A stretch of DNA of 64,000 nucleotides from Enoplolaimus lenunculus (taxonomy: Eukaryota), in assembly GCA_030248215.1 (NCBI GenBank), contig JASANG010000621.1:1-64000 (forward strand). Direction: 5' to 3'. Below, in pieces: positions 12,561-24,900 of this stretch. A program made the translations under genes and the position numbers. How positions within the stretch are numbered: position 1 is the first letter of the stretch; every line of letters starts with the position of its first letter. The notes below the pieces were generated by a model. That model saw nothing but the letters and a program-made list of their open reading frames with translations. It searched no databases and had not been told where the DNA came from.

Positions 12561-14315
12561 GAGCGAGCTCCTGCGAGTTAACTTAAACTACTTCCTAAAA
12601 CAAAAAAAACTACCACAACCCCAAAAATATACTTACCAATCACAGTCGAAGCCTTTGGACCATGATCCGAGGCGCTTCACCAAATATTGGCCTGTCATTC
12701 GATAGCTATCGTCAACCGCTTAACCATTAAAATGTAGAGTTAATCAACTGAACTTCCTAAAATAAGAATTCCTAAAAATACAACAACAATAATATTAAAT
12801 TATAGACAAAATTTAGCTTTGCGTTTAAGAAATTGGTGGCTTCCTTACGGAAAGCAATGTTTCCGAAAAATAACAGAACACTATTTACACACCGAATCCA
12901 AGTATATTTTAACTCACCAGCTGTTCGCTAAAAAATGCCTAAAATACATCGACGATTACACAACATAATATTTAAACTGTACACAAAGAATTAAGTTAGA
13001 TAAGTAAGGAAACACATTGGCTGCCTTACGGCTACAGTAATTTAATTTTCAATAAAGTAGCTAATGACTCAAACTAAATTTTTTTTTTTTTTAGTTTTAA
13101 GTTTCTCTTCCTTTCATTTCTTTTGTTTTGTTTTATTAATTTACAATTGTACATACCCGTATTAAAGCTCACGCTAGGTAAGCCAAACTTACTATGTCTA
13201 TACATTCCAACACTTTTTAAGACTTGTTGGTATAAAAATTACATGATCACCCTGAAATAAAATACAATGTATATGATTAACATTAAAGCGATATATACAG
13301 CATTGGTAATATTTGACAAAATTATGGCTTCCTTGCGGTCATAAATGTTTTTGTAATAACTAAAACATTGCATTTTACATAGCTAATCGACGTGTTATAA
13401 TATGTTCGAAAACAATAACTAAAATACCATCTACAAAAGTACATTAATTACTCTCTGTACATTGAGGCACATGGAGTAAATAATAAGTAAACAAATTGAC
13501 TCCCTTACGGGTTCAAATACCAGATATGAGAAAAGAAAATAAAAAGTATTTTTATTTAGTTTTATTTATTTAATTTTTTTAATCTTACGCCCAAAGATAT
13601 ATATTTTTTTACATATTTTTTTGTTTATTTTTGTTTTGCATATAATTTACAAATATGTACATAGTTGCTTTACACCACGTAATCGAGGATAGATACTTAC
13701 AGTCACTGCAAGTTGATAAGCTTTCTAATTACACTAATCAAAACAATTAATCCAGACACAATAAAAATTCCTCACCATGCTGCCATTGTTCGCCCACATA
13801 TCTTTGCCGGATCACCCATTGACTGTCTCATATAAGCTGCTTTTCCGATGATTGCTAAAACAGGTATTTTAAAATATAAAAACATCTAGTTCATAACATG
13901 AAACATAAGTTAAAGAACGTAGGGCTCCCTTGCGGGCATATGCTACAACTGAACTCACCATTGAAACGAGATAAAAATTTTGCATATCAGTACCAAAATA
14001 GACTCATTGCAGATTTATGCATGAGTGATTAGTAATTGTTCGGTCAACTTAGAAAGCTGTCTGTGCGCACGCCATTGTTTGAAACACTAAAATGGTAGTA
14101 TATGGAAATAGGCAACTCTATGATTTCCTTACATACTCATTAATTGAATTGTATGGCTCCCGTATGGGTAAAACGCCTATAGTATTTAAATGGCTAAGCT
14201 AGTTCAAACATAGGCAAAACCTGTGTTGTTATTTTTTTTATTATAAAACTCAAACTGAAATTATCCTTACAATAACATGGTAACACTGTGATTAGTGACT
14301 AACATTAACGAAGCA

Positions 14316-14903
14316 CTATTCAACATAGCAGTACACAATGTTAAAAACATTCGGTCGCGAAATCAAAGGTGCTCGTGGTATTAGTTTTTTTCTTGAAACA
14401 AGTTTTTTATTACTTAATTCTACCCGCAAACGCATTAGCATATGACCCATTTCATTTCTTCCTGGCCAGCTAGCTGGACATGCGAACTGTGGATCAAATT
14501 TAGTTACTCCAGTTCCCCAAAATGAATCATATTTATTAGTTTCTGCTATAAGGCAAGTTCCTGTATCAACCAATGCATCTCTAAGCGTAGGGTGTTGACA
14601 AAACTTCGCATAAACCGCTTTTTCCATAACACGGAGCTTGTCTTTCTTCCACCCTGCAATCAATCGCCTACCTACAAAAGTTCTTAACATTAATTTTTGT
14701 TCAATGGCCATCAGTCGTTTTGCTTGTTTAGGATCACTAGTCTTTAATATTTCTTTAGCTAACTGCAACCTACCAAGTTCTTTGGCTTTAGTGTATTGGT
14801 AGAAATGCTCCACTGATGCATAACCTTGGCCATCAATTACAATCGGAACTAAATATAAGTTTGAAAACACATGAGATGACCCGATAAACGGAACTATAAT
14901 CAT
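14316..14903 (-). CDS. NADAR/YbiA-family hydrolase (195 aa from first ATG; frame open to 15002)
   Basis: Family motifs FSNLY..PIVIDG..YASVEHFYQ..KA, W....LRVMEKAVYAKFCQHPTLR..L..TG, IAE...D.FWGTG and W.GRN.MG.MLM.LR. Confidence 0.9.
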   Translation of the reverse strand: MIIVPFIGSSHVFSNLYLVPIVIDGQGYASVEHFYQYTKAKELGRLQLAKEILKTSDPKQAKRLMAIEQKLMLRTFVGRRLIAGWKKDKLRVMEKAVYAKFCQHPTLRDALVDTGTCLIAETNKYDSFWGTGVTKFDPQFACPASWPGRNEMGHMLMRLRVELSNKKLVSRKKLIPRAPLISRPNVFNIVYCYVE

Positions 14904-15161
14904 GTTATTTGTGCTTAATCTACGAGGAAAGGTATAAACTAACCTAATGGAATATATTGAGAATATGGCCAACCAGCGTTGATGGTAAATCCGCACAGCC
15001 AAATCCTACCGCAACCTCCAGTGAAATTTATTGCAGTTAATGGAATTAAGCAACAGTTGAGATTAGAGCAGCTGTTGAAATGTCCAGAATATAGGCACGC
15101 GAAGCGTAATTATTATGCGATGACTAATGTTATGTTAGGGATATATAGGCAGTAATATAGT

Positions 15162-18100
15162 TTATCGCGATGCTGGTAATGGATTAGCTAAATTAATCCG
15201 CATATGTATGAACCGTTTTACTGCCGGAGCCATTGGCTCAATCCAGGCGTTCGCTTCGCTACACTCTCTAATAGACTCACGGACCAGAGGCTGATCAAGG
15301 AAGTGCAACGTGTTGCATACAAAGAAATTAGCTTTTCTGGCCCGCGTAATAGTAACGTTCACTCGCCGATACTCAGATAAGAAGCCTAGCGGGTGTGGCT
15401 GACCCGCTGCGTCTAATGATGGGAGTGACCGGACGAGAGAAATGATCATATAATTTCTCTCGTCCCCTTGCCAGACATTAGCACATCCGATTTTTATGTC
15501 TGGATATTCCCTACCTACCATCTGTTTGAGCAGTTCCGTCTGAATTGCATATGCTGCATTGATTCCAATATCCGCCGGTGGCACCCCACCCTGGTGTACC
15601 AGCAGCTCAACCAACTTAGTTACCGCCATCAGTTCATGTCTATTGTACAGACTCACACCATGGTACGCCTGTTGCCCTTCGATATGCCAGATCACAATGG
15701 GTTGCCCAAAGGGGATTTGGCGAACGCTAGGCCAGTCGGTGTGTTGCAACCACTGGTCAGCGGAACAAAGCAAGGGCGTTTCAGTATACACCACGCGATT
15801 TGGCGGTTCCAGTAGTGCTGGCACTGAACGGTAATTTTCACGTAGTTGTATTACTCGGCAGTCAGTACTGTTTTTCGCTAATGTCAACAATAACTCCATC
15901 CCTGATTCTTCCGCGCCGAATTGCCACAAAACCCTGTTGGTGACATATGCCGGTAGCTGGTGCACGTCACCCATCAAGATAACTTGACCGGCCACTGCTA
16001 ACGGTAGAACCACCGACATGCGCGGTAAGTCCACTGAGGCGGCCTCATCGATTGCTATTACGTCGAAAACGCCATGACCGTAATTGGGCTCGTTTTTACA
16101 ATGATGAAATGCGTCTAAATTGTTCACAATGTCCATAATAGCCATATCCATGGTGCACACAATGATTTTATGATATAACAAAGCACCAGATGACTTAAGT
16201 TCCCGCTGCCCGTCTTGTTCGGTGGTGTTAGGATCGCTTCGCGTCGCGCAGTACGGCTGTAACACTGGATCAATGAGATTCATGTCGTAGTTGCGCCGTA
16301 GGTAGCGCACGACGACTCCGGGTGGTATGACCTCGTTGTTACTAAGGGACTGTAAATTTTGAACCAGTTTTAGCGCGAGAATATTTGCAGCAGCGTTGGT
16401 GCTTGTGACACACAAAAAACGCTTCTCTGGATTGCTCCATGACAATGCGGAAAGAATGCGGGCAAGGGTGCTGGTTTTTCCTGTTCCGGGAGGTGCGCGA
16501 CAAAGACTAACTTTTACACCCTGAATCAGTGCGGTAAAAACTTGTGACTGGTTATAATTTAACCAGTGTTGTACATACTCGTCAGTCGTTCTGGTCGTTC
16601 GCCACTGTATGGGTTTCTGATTCAGTTCATTCCTAAGGCCACAAAAAAGCAAACCATACCACGACCTCCAGGCGGCAAAGAAACGTTGTCGAAATTGTAT
16701 ACGGCGGCTGTTCGCCAGGACTTGAGCATCAGCGGTCGGTTCGACAGACGCTGATGACGTGGATGATTGCTCCGAAGTGTCAGGCATTTCAATATCCCCT
16801 TCCGGTTGCTGCGGTAAACTCGGAAGCTGTGGCTGCTCGATCACACAGTTTAATAGTGAAATTAAATATTCCAGTGCAGGACCCATCATTGGAACCAATT
16901 GAACGTCTCGTAAGTTTCGAAGGTTGGGACCATCATAGAATATGTTTCGCGTTCCTTTGTTCAGTTTGATGACGACCATGGTGTGATTGATGTTAATAGG
17001 CTGTGAACCGACTACTGCGACGACTATCTTGACTTTCCAGTCCGATTGTACTAAATTAGCCAGGCGCGTGAGTCGAAGGTTGCGAAATTCGTTGGTGTCC
17101 ACTGTAACCGTCAAGAACATGGAATCGGGTGGCGATTTCTCAAACTCGTATAAATCGGAGCTTCCGCTATTCGCAATGGTTTCGAAATCACTAGCTACAG
17201 TTGGTGATACCGTAGTCACCGTCGCCTTTGGAGGGTCGTCTTCCTCGTACTGAACCTGGCCTAATAATTCTGCAAGTACGCGGTGAGGCAAATTGTTAAA
17301 GGTTACAGGTCGAGTCGGGTCAAGGATTGCCAGGATATCGTTCTTATTAGGTGTACTAGGCAGAGGCTCTGGTGCATCTGCCGCCACCAGCCGGTGATAA
17401 ACCGGGCGTTCGACCAATGTCTGAGCTGGTGCTATGGCGAACTGATACCAGATTTCAAAGTATGGTGATAGGTGCGGTATAGTTATCTTGGTTGGTTTCA
17501 AACAACGATTCACAGTTGCAGGGTCTTTTCGCTCGTTCGGTACGCCAAGAGCAGATTGTGGAACCAGCGACAGGTGCCCAGCCTGCTGTTCTGCACTCGA
17601 TTTACGAATCAGCGCTTGCAAGGCCTCATCAATTTTCTCATCGAGATATAAGTCGCGGAAATCCCATTGGATTATCGTCGTGAACGGGGCAAATTTGTTT
17701 ACTCGGCGACGTGATTGATACTGAACCCACATTTGTAGCTCGTAGTAGTGTAACCCAAGCCGACCCTCACCGGAAATGGTCACGTGAAATGTGGGTGATT
17801 GGTTACGTGCACGGGGCATTACGGGACTAAATACAACGCCGTCCGGAACGATACAGTTTGGGGTACGTGGTATAAACAGTTGAAAGGGCTGCCGATCCGT
17901 AGTGGTAGCGTCGAATAAAAGAGTGGATACCTGGTCAAAGTCCGACAGTCCTTGGATGACTGGCAATGCTGGAGCTTCAGGCGCCCAAGGTGCGCCGAGA
18001 TGAAAACTGGCCTGTCCATTGTCTGCTCCAACACATTCAATCAACACCTGAGCACCATACATCGAGTTTTTAAGCTCAGTGATGCTGCCGATCCTGCGTC

Positions 18101-18542
18101 TTTCAATCCACTTCTGGTGTTCAACCAATGCTACCCCCACCGGACTAAATCGAAATTTCTGCACTTCAATGCTGACCATATGAAACGGAGTCCACAAATG
18201 ACTGGGGCCAAATATAACCGTTCGGCATACAGGACATAAAGTCATTGGACTCTGGGGCAAATTCTTAGGCCAAGCTACGTACTGGAGCTGCTCTGCTAAT
18301 CGCTCCCAAAGCGCATGATCTAGTGGACTGGAATCGTCTGTTAAACCCAATTCGCATAGAGCTGGGCGCAGAGCATCAATAGGTAAATAGGCCGAAAGAC
18401 AGTTCAGTGCTGCGGATTGGCTGTAGGGGTGAAGCGTCTCGCGAATTAAAGATGTAGCAACGAGATTGGACAAAGCCGGAGGAATGCCAAGTCGAGCACT
18501 AAACTCCACGACGGGGTTAGGGCTACCAGCAGCAGAATTCAT
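15162..18542 (-). CDS. Upf1-like superfamily 1B helicase (1126 aa, intronless)
   Basis: Walker A APPGTGKT, Ia TSTNAAANIL, Walker B IDEAA, III GDVHQLP, LRENYRS, YNRHE, V WQGDERNYMIISLVRS, VI RRVNVTITRAR. Confidence 0.92.
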   Translation of the reverse strand: MNSAAGSPNPVVEFSARLGIPPALSNLVATSLIRETLHPYSQSAALNCLSAYLPIDALRPALCELGLTDDSSPLDHALWERLAEQLQYVAWPKNLPQSPMTLCPVCRTVIFGPSHLWTPFHMVSIEVQKFRFSPVGVALVEHQKWIERRRIGSITELKNSMYGAQVLIECVGADNGQASFHLGAPWAPEAPALPVIQGLSDFDQVSTLLFDATTTDRQPFQLFIPRTPNCIVPDGVVFSPVMPRARNQSPTFHVTISGEGRLGLHYYELQMWVQYQSRRRVNKFAPFTTIIQWDFRDLYLDEKIDEALQALIRKSSAEQQAGHLSLVPQSALGVPNERKDPATVNRCLKPTKITIPHLSPYFEIWYQFAIAPAQTLVERPVYHRLVAADAPEPLPSTPNKNDILAILDPTRPVTFNNLPHRVLAELLGQVQYEEDDPPKATVTTVSPTVASDFETIANSGSSDLYEFEKSPPDSMFLTVTVDTNEFRNLRLTRLANLVQSDWKVKIVVAVVGSQPININHTMVVIKLNKGTRNIFYDGPNLRNLRDVQLVPMMGPALEYLISLLNCVIEQPQLPSLPQQPEGDIEMPDTSEQSSTSSASVEPTADAQVLANSRRIQFRQRFFAAWRSWYGLLFCGLRNELNQKPIQWRTTRTTDEYVQHWLNYNQSQVFTALIQGVKVSLCRAPPGTGKTSTLARILSALSWSNPEKRFLCVTSTNAAANILALKLVQNLQSLSNNEVIPPGVVVRYLRRNYDMNLIDPVLQPYCATRSDPNTTEQDGQRELKSSGALLYHKIIVCTMDMAIMDIVNNLDAFHHCKNEPNYGHGVFDVIAIDEAASVDLPRMSVVLPLAVAGQVILMGDVHQLPAYVTNRVLWQFGAEESGMELLLTLAKNSTDCRVIQLRENYRSVPALLEPPNRVVYTETPLLCSADQWLQHTDWPSVRQIPFGQPIVIWHIEGQQAYHGVSLYNRHELMAVTKLVELLVHQGGVPPADIGINAAYAIQTELLKQMVGREYPDIKIGCANVWQGDERNYMIISLVRSLPSLDAAGQPHPLGFLSEYRRVNVTITRARKANFFVCNTLHFLDQPLVRESIRECSEANAWIEPMAPAVKRFIHMRINLANPLPASR

Positions 18543-18940
18543 AATTAAAGAGCGTTGATAATTACGGCGCCTTTACAGGCAAAATGTCGCTGCTAAACTC
18601 GTAATGTTACTGTTGTTGATATATGATGACTATGGGTCCCTTACGGGTAAAACATTGCTGCAGCCAGCAGTACATAACTTTGACAGTTGAAGGTCGATGA
18701 TAATAAAACGTAACAACTATGGATCCCTTACGGGTACACAGCGCTGCCACAAGCAACCATATTAATAGCAGTTGAATGCTGATATTATTGCTACTACTTT
18801 TAATACGTAATAATAATAATAATAATGTAATTTGACAGTTACGGGTCCCTTACGGGTTATAACTACTTTGTTTATTTCAAACGACACGACATCGTGCGTA
18901 GTCCCGATCGCCAATGACATTAATGCTATGGAAATTGTGA

Positions 18941-21900
18941 TTACAACGGAAAATGGCTAGAGCCACGAGCGCGTAAATTATACCGATGCATTGCCCGAGG
19001 TACGGGCGCAGTGGTTTCCTGGTGCTCCTGTTCCCTTGCATCAATGTCACTAGATGCCGTTTCCATAGCAGAGTCGTTACCGTTTGATACATACTGCAAT
19101 TCATGATTGCTGGATAAACCGGGATTTTTATCTACTTCTAATCCGTTCTCAATATCTACGTCCATATTTGCCTTCGTACTGCAGGTACCGGTTTCATCTT
19201 GACGTAATTCAGGTACATAAGGACCATAAAAAGGTTTAATGCGTTCTACATGCACCCTTTTATGTTGCTCCTTAGGGTTAGTTATGGATTGCAAAACAAC
19301 ATCAGGAAATACTAACTCTATGATTTCATAAAGACCGTGCCATTCTTGTCCTAATTTCTTAGTTTTTCCTTTCTTTTGAAAAGGCACGTGCAATAGGACC
19401 TTTTGTCCCTCAAAGAAATGCGGTTCCGCGGCACGACGATCATGATAAAATTTCATGTGATCTTGGGCTGACTGTATGTTTTGCTTAGCCAACGCCCATG
19501 CTGCTTTAAGGGTAAGTTGCAAATCCCTAAAGCAATCTTCTTCATCTAAGTAATTGACGTTACTAATTGGCAATGCTACATCAATTGGCAGCCGTGGTTG
19601 TCTCCCATAAACTAATTCAAAGGGGCTAAGCCGTGTAGATTCGTTAACACTTACTCTATAAGCAAAACAAGCAAACGGAACGAACTCATCCCAAGTGCGT
19701 TGAGCACTGTCTATGTATTGAGAGACCATGTTCATTAAGGTACGATTTATTCGTTCCACCACCCCATTGGTTTGGGGTCGATAGGGTGTTGTAAAAACTT
19801 TTCGGGTTCCTGTAATTTTACAAATTTGGTCAACTAATTCGCTTCGAAAATTAGGTGCATTGTCACTAATTAATTCACATGGGGCTGAATGGCGACAAAC
19901 TACCTCAGTCATAAACAATTTTGCAATAGTAGTGGCTTTTTGATCAGGAGTGCAAATGGCCTCGGGATATTTTGTAAAACGATCAATAAAAATTACCACG
20001 TATTTGTTCCCATTATAGGTTTGGGGTAATGGGCCAAGAACATCCACATGATATGAAAAATTGGGCTGCGTAGTAGGAATTGGATTCAATGGTGCCTTAG
20101 GCCTGGCCGGTCCAGTTTTACGCTTACTGCACTCGATGCAAGCCTTGCACCAATTTACTACGTCACGGTACATCCCATCCCAAAAATACTTGGGTAATAA
20201 CTTTTGATATGTCTTGGCAACACCAAGGTGTTGTCCACCAACAACATCATCATGATGTGCTGATAGTAATTCTTCACGCATAGAGAAAGGAACAACTAAT
20301 TGTTCCCAGAGTACACCGGGTCGATATTTGGGTATAGGATAATGATGGTACAAAACTCCATTTTTTACTACATAACGTGGCTGGATTAATGCAAAGTGCG
20401 AAGCCAGCTTTGCATCATCCGGGTTTTTACCAAATTCAATATATTCCTTTAAAGCCTTAATCTCTGGGTCCTGCTCTTGTTTTTCCGCAAACGGAATAGT
20501 TGATGGTAGGTCCTGCTTGTTGGAAGTTTCACTTAAGGCAACTGCGTATGCAAACTTAATATCTTCCTCATCAGAACCTTCTTCTAATTTAGAAATTTCA
20601 GTACGAGAAAGGGCATCAACATGCGACATATTTTTACCCGCTCGGTGTTCAACATTAAAATCGTATTCACTTAAAGCAAGTGCCCAACGCTGTAATCTTC
20701 CCGATGCATTCTTATTAGTTAATAACCATCGAAGGGCTGAGTGATCAGTTATTATAGTCACATGCTGTCCGTATATATAATTACGAAAATACTTCATAAA
20801 ATAAACAACAGCTAATGCTTCCAATTCAGTAGTGGTGTAATTCCGTTCAGCTTTTTGAAGCAAACGACTACCATAAGCAATAGGATGGGCTCTGCCCTCG
20901 TTATCTTTTTGAGATAACACAGCTCCAATTGCCTTACCGCTAGCATCTGTTTCCAAAATGTATGGCTTGCTGGGATCGGCTATTTGCAAAATTGGAGGAG
21001 ACATAAGTTTAGATTTTAATAATTGAAATGCTTTTTCAGCCTCTGAATTCCATTTAAAAGGTTTCAAGGTGCTAGTAAGTTGACTAAGTGGCTTAGCAAT
21101 TGCTGCGAAGTCTTTTATAAAACGACGGTAATAACTGCAAAACCCCAAGAAACCTCGCACACCAGTAATATCATTCGGTATAGGGTAATGTTCAACTGCT
21201 TCAATCTTTTTCGGATCTGGCTTCAAGCCTTCAGCAGAAATAATATGACCTAAATATGGAACTTCTTTTCTTAAAAAGTTACATTTAGCTGGTTTAACTT
21301 TAAGACCGACATCCCTTAATCGTTCAAATACAAGACGCAAGCGTCTAATGTGCTCGTCAAAAGTTTCAGAAAACACGCATATATCGTCTATATAGATAAG
21401 GCAGACACGCTCAACTAATCCACGAAGGGTGGCCTCCAGTGTACGTTGAAAAGTAGCAGGAGCGTTGCATAAACCAAAAGGCATTTTAGTAAATTGATAC
21501 AAACCAGCTGGGGTAATAAAAGCAGTTTTCTCAATTGAATCAGAAGCCATAGGGACTTGCCAATATCCTGATATTAAATCCATAACACTAAAATACTTTG
21601 CTTTCCCTATACACTCCAGTAAATCATTAATATTCGGAAGTGGAAAACAATCCTTCTTAGTCACGGCATTTAATTTTCGGTAATCAATACAAATGCGCAA
21701 AGACTTGCCGTCTTTCTTTTTAAGTACAACCATTGGACTAGCCCAGGGGCTTGTTGAGGGCTCAATGATTCCGTAACGTAGCATGTTGCCTAACTCTGTA
21801 TCCACCTTATCCTTAGATTGAAAAGGCACCCGATAAGGTCTCTGCTTAATAGGCACTGCATCCCCAGTGTCAATTGAATGTTCAACTACTGATATAGTTC

Positions 21901-24900
21901 CACAATCGTAATCATGCTTTGCGAAAACATCGTTAAATTCCAAAAATAATTCAATCAACTTTGACTTTTCGATTCCCGAAATTTCAGACTCCTCTAATTT
22001 TAGATCAGCTATCAAATCAAAATGTGGTTGACAACTAACAGATTGTAAGTTCAATACAGTAGGTAAAACACAAGTATCTAAGGGTTCTATTCGACCAACA
22101 GTCATGCCCTTATACAGCCGAACGGGACAATTCGACATATTAAGTAATCGCAAAGGAATAACTAAGTTATCCGCATCACTTAATATTAATTCAACTGTGT
22201 TTAAACCGTATAACTGAATAAGCTTATAATTTGGTTCAAAATACACATCACCCTCATGTCCAAACCCTTTTACTTCGCAGGGTATAAGCACCTCTGATCT
22301 TGAAGGAATAAGTGTAGTATCTGGCAAGAGTACATTTTGGCTTGACCGATATCCCATCTTTAACTGCATTTTTCCAAGCTTAACAATGCCTGTTGCGTAA
22401 TCTAGACTTATAGTGCCAAATTGTCGTAGTAAATCAACCCCTAGTATTGCTGGGTGGGCGCATTCATCTGATACATACACATGAAAAGGTAGGGATTTGG
22501 AACCTATTTCAATTTGTACTTTAATAGCACCTTTCAGGGGTAATGCATGACCAGTAACTCCAACAGCGGTGGTGGCGGGTACTGGAACCAGACTAGTTTC
22601 GGGTTTATTCAATTTTCGAAAAGTTTCTGATGACATAACAGTAATATTACTTCCAGTATCGATAACTGCTCGTACAGGTATATCATTCATGTAAATTTCA
22701 ATGTCCGAAAGAGAGGGTCCTAAAGTCAAAACAGTCTCCGCTACGGTATGACTCGGAGAAAGGCTGGTTGAAAACTGTAATGCACGTTTCCGTTTGCTAC
22801 ATAAAAATTTTGATGGTCCAATAACAGTTGAATGTATAGGCAATTCCAACGTTTCAGTTTCAGGGGAAGTACATATTACTTCCACAGGGGTTGACCTTTC
22901 TTGTCCATAAGATTTACAACAGCAACGCAAACACTTAAACCATTTGCCATACCAGGCGTATATAACACATATACCCACTACCAACATGACCAACCCGACA
23001 GCTATATAACTTAATAAATCGCTATAGGGTAAATTGAAATCAGCACTAGGTGTAAAAGACAAAAGCTCCCTTTTTAATCGGGTACGAGTCAAATTAGACT
23101 GATACTCTACGTTTTCTAAGCTTCCCCACACTGGCGGTGGCACTACGTCTTGATGTAGAGTGAAATTGTATTGAACATCAGGTGAAATTTCAAAGTTAAG
23201 AGCGGGTCTAGAGGTCGACATAAGCACGCGGTCTCCAACAATCAGCATACTAAAATTTTCAAAAGGCATAAACATAACCCCGCGCTCCGGTACACGCATA
23301 GTCTCAATTACAGATGAGGAGACCAATTTTTTAGTCCTTGTGAGCTTGACAGTTGGTTCCGAAGTACGCAAAAGTAATCCAACCCGAGTGGTTTCAATAT
23401 GGGTGCCTGCAAACATTTGTTTAACTTCCATTGCACATGTATTATTATGCACTACGGCTTGGCGCATTCCTCTAAAACAGCTGTCCGCTTCGCTAGTTGG
23501 CAAAGCTTCCATCCCACAGTACCATAAACCAATACGCTTGTCACAAGCTTCGGACTTTACTTCGTGATAATACCCCTTACTAAACATACGAGCATAAGTT
23601 ACAAACTTAGGCAAAGCTAATCGGGCAATTATTTGTTTTGAAGGAATGTTAAAACCGACGTTTATAACCTTCATAAGCGGCAACACGTTCTTAATTCGTA
23701 TTAGGGGGATTTCCAAAATTATTCCAAATTTTGTTTCTCGAATATCTAGTAGCACGGGATAAACCTTAACAAAGTGGTAGAATAATCCGGGATCATGTAT
23801 GTATACTGAATTTCGCAATGTTGGCTCCTGTTTAACAAGCTTTTTAATTTGAGACGCAGACAGAATTGCGACAGATAAGCGACCGCTATCACTAGCAAGG
23901 ACTAATGCATCCACTACTTTACGTACTCCATTTATAAACTGATTTGATTGAGAAATAAAATGCGAAATCGTTACCGATTCTGTTAAACTGCAGGTCATTG
24001 TAATTCGGGTTTGTTCTACATATTTCTGTATCTCATGGGTTATTGCGAAAACTCGCTGTTGGTTAATATTCAGTTTATGAATTGCCTCCGAATTTTCAGT
24101 GATTTCGTCATTCAAAAGTCGAACACTTTTCTGGAGGGCCAAAATTTTTGGTTCCAAATGTGACAACTTAATACTATTGGCAATTCCAAGTCCGGTGCCC
24201 ATGATCGAAGTCAAACCAGTCAAAAGCAGGGGGACAAAGCGGCGATTACGACCCGAAGTAACAAAACTACAAGTGAATGGCTTTTTCTCACACATGTCTC
24301 TCATTAGCTCTTCATAAAATGCAGAGTCGATGGTATCCTCATAGTTATTAGCCAAATCCGAAAGTGCCTGTTTCTTAATCATGCTAAATAAACGCTGTTG
24401 ACCAGTGCAATTACAAAAAGTAGGTGTACCACCTTGAAAAACAAGAGGAGAGCATGGCTTAATTCGGTCTTGTCCAGCATGCACAACTACAGGCAGGTAA
24501 ATGGATTCACTTGCGGTTAACACTAGACCCTCAGGTATAAGCCCAACCCCAACAGAAGGAAAAATTTTTGGTTGTAATTGATGTAATGTTTGCGTTAAAC
24601 TAGAATCAACACGACCCGTTAAACTAAATATGAGTGCAATCACACAACAAAGTAAAATATTCCATGGCTTAAGTGGAGGAACTTTGCACCTACTTGATCG
24701 TCTAGGACAGTTACTTCGAACCGGTGGTTTATCTGTAACAGCTTCATTCAAATTTAAAGAAGCAGGTTCAGTTTGGGTAAATTTAGCAACATGATGTGTA
24801 GCCTGGATGGCTCCGACAAAATTGGGAAACGATTTTTCCACTAGGAGGGCATTTTGACTACGCAAAGTAGCAAGCTCTTTCTTAAGACGATCAATTTCTT

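Noticed and set aside
22100..22340. dUTPase between protease and RT
   Set aside because: No recognisable dUTPase motifs; it looks like the usual Gypsy PR-RT linker region.
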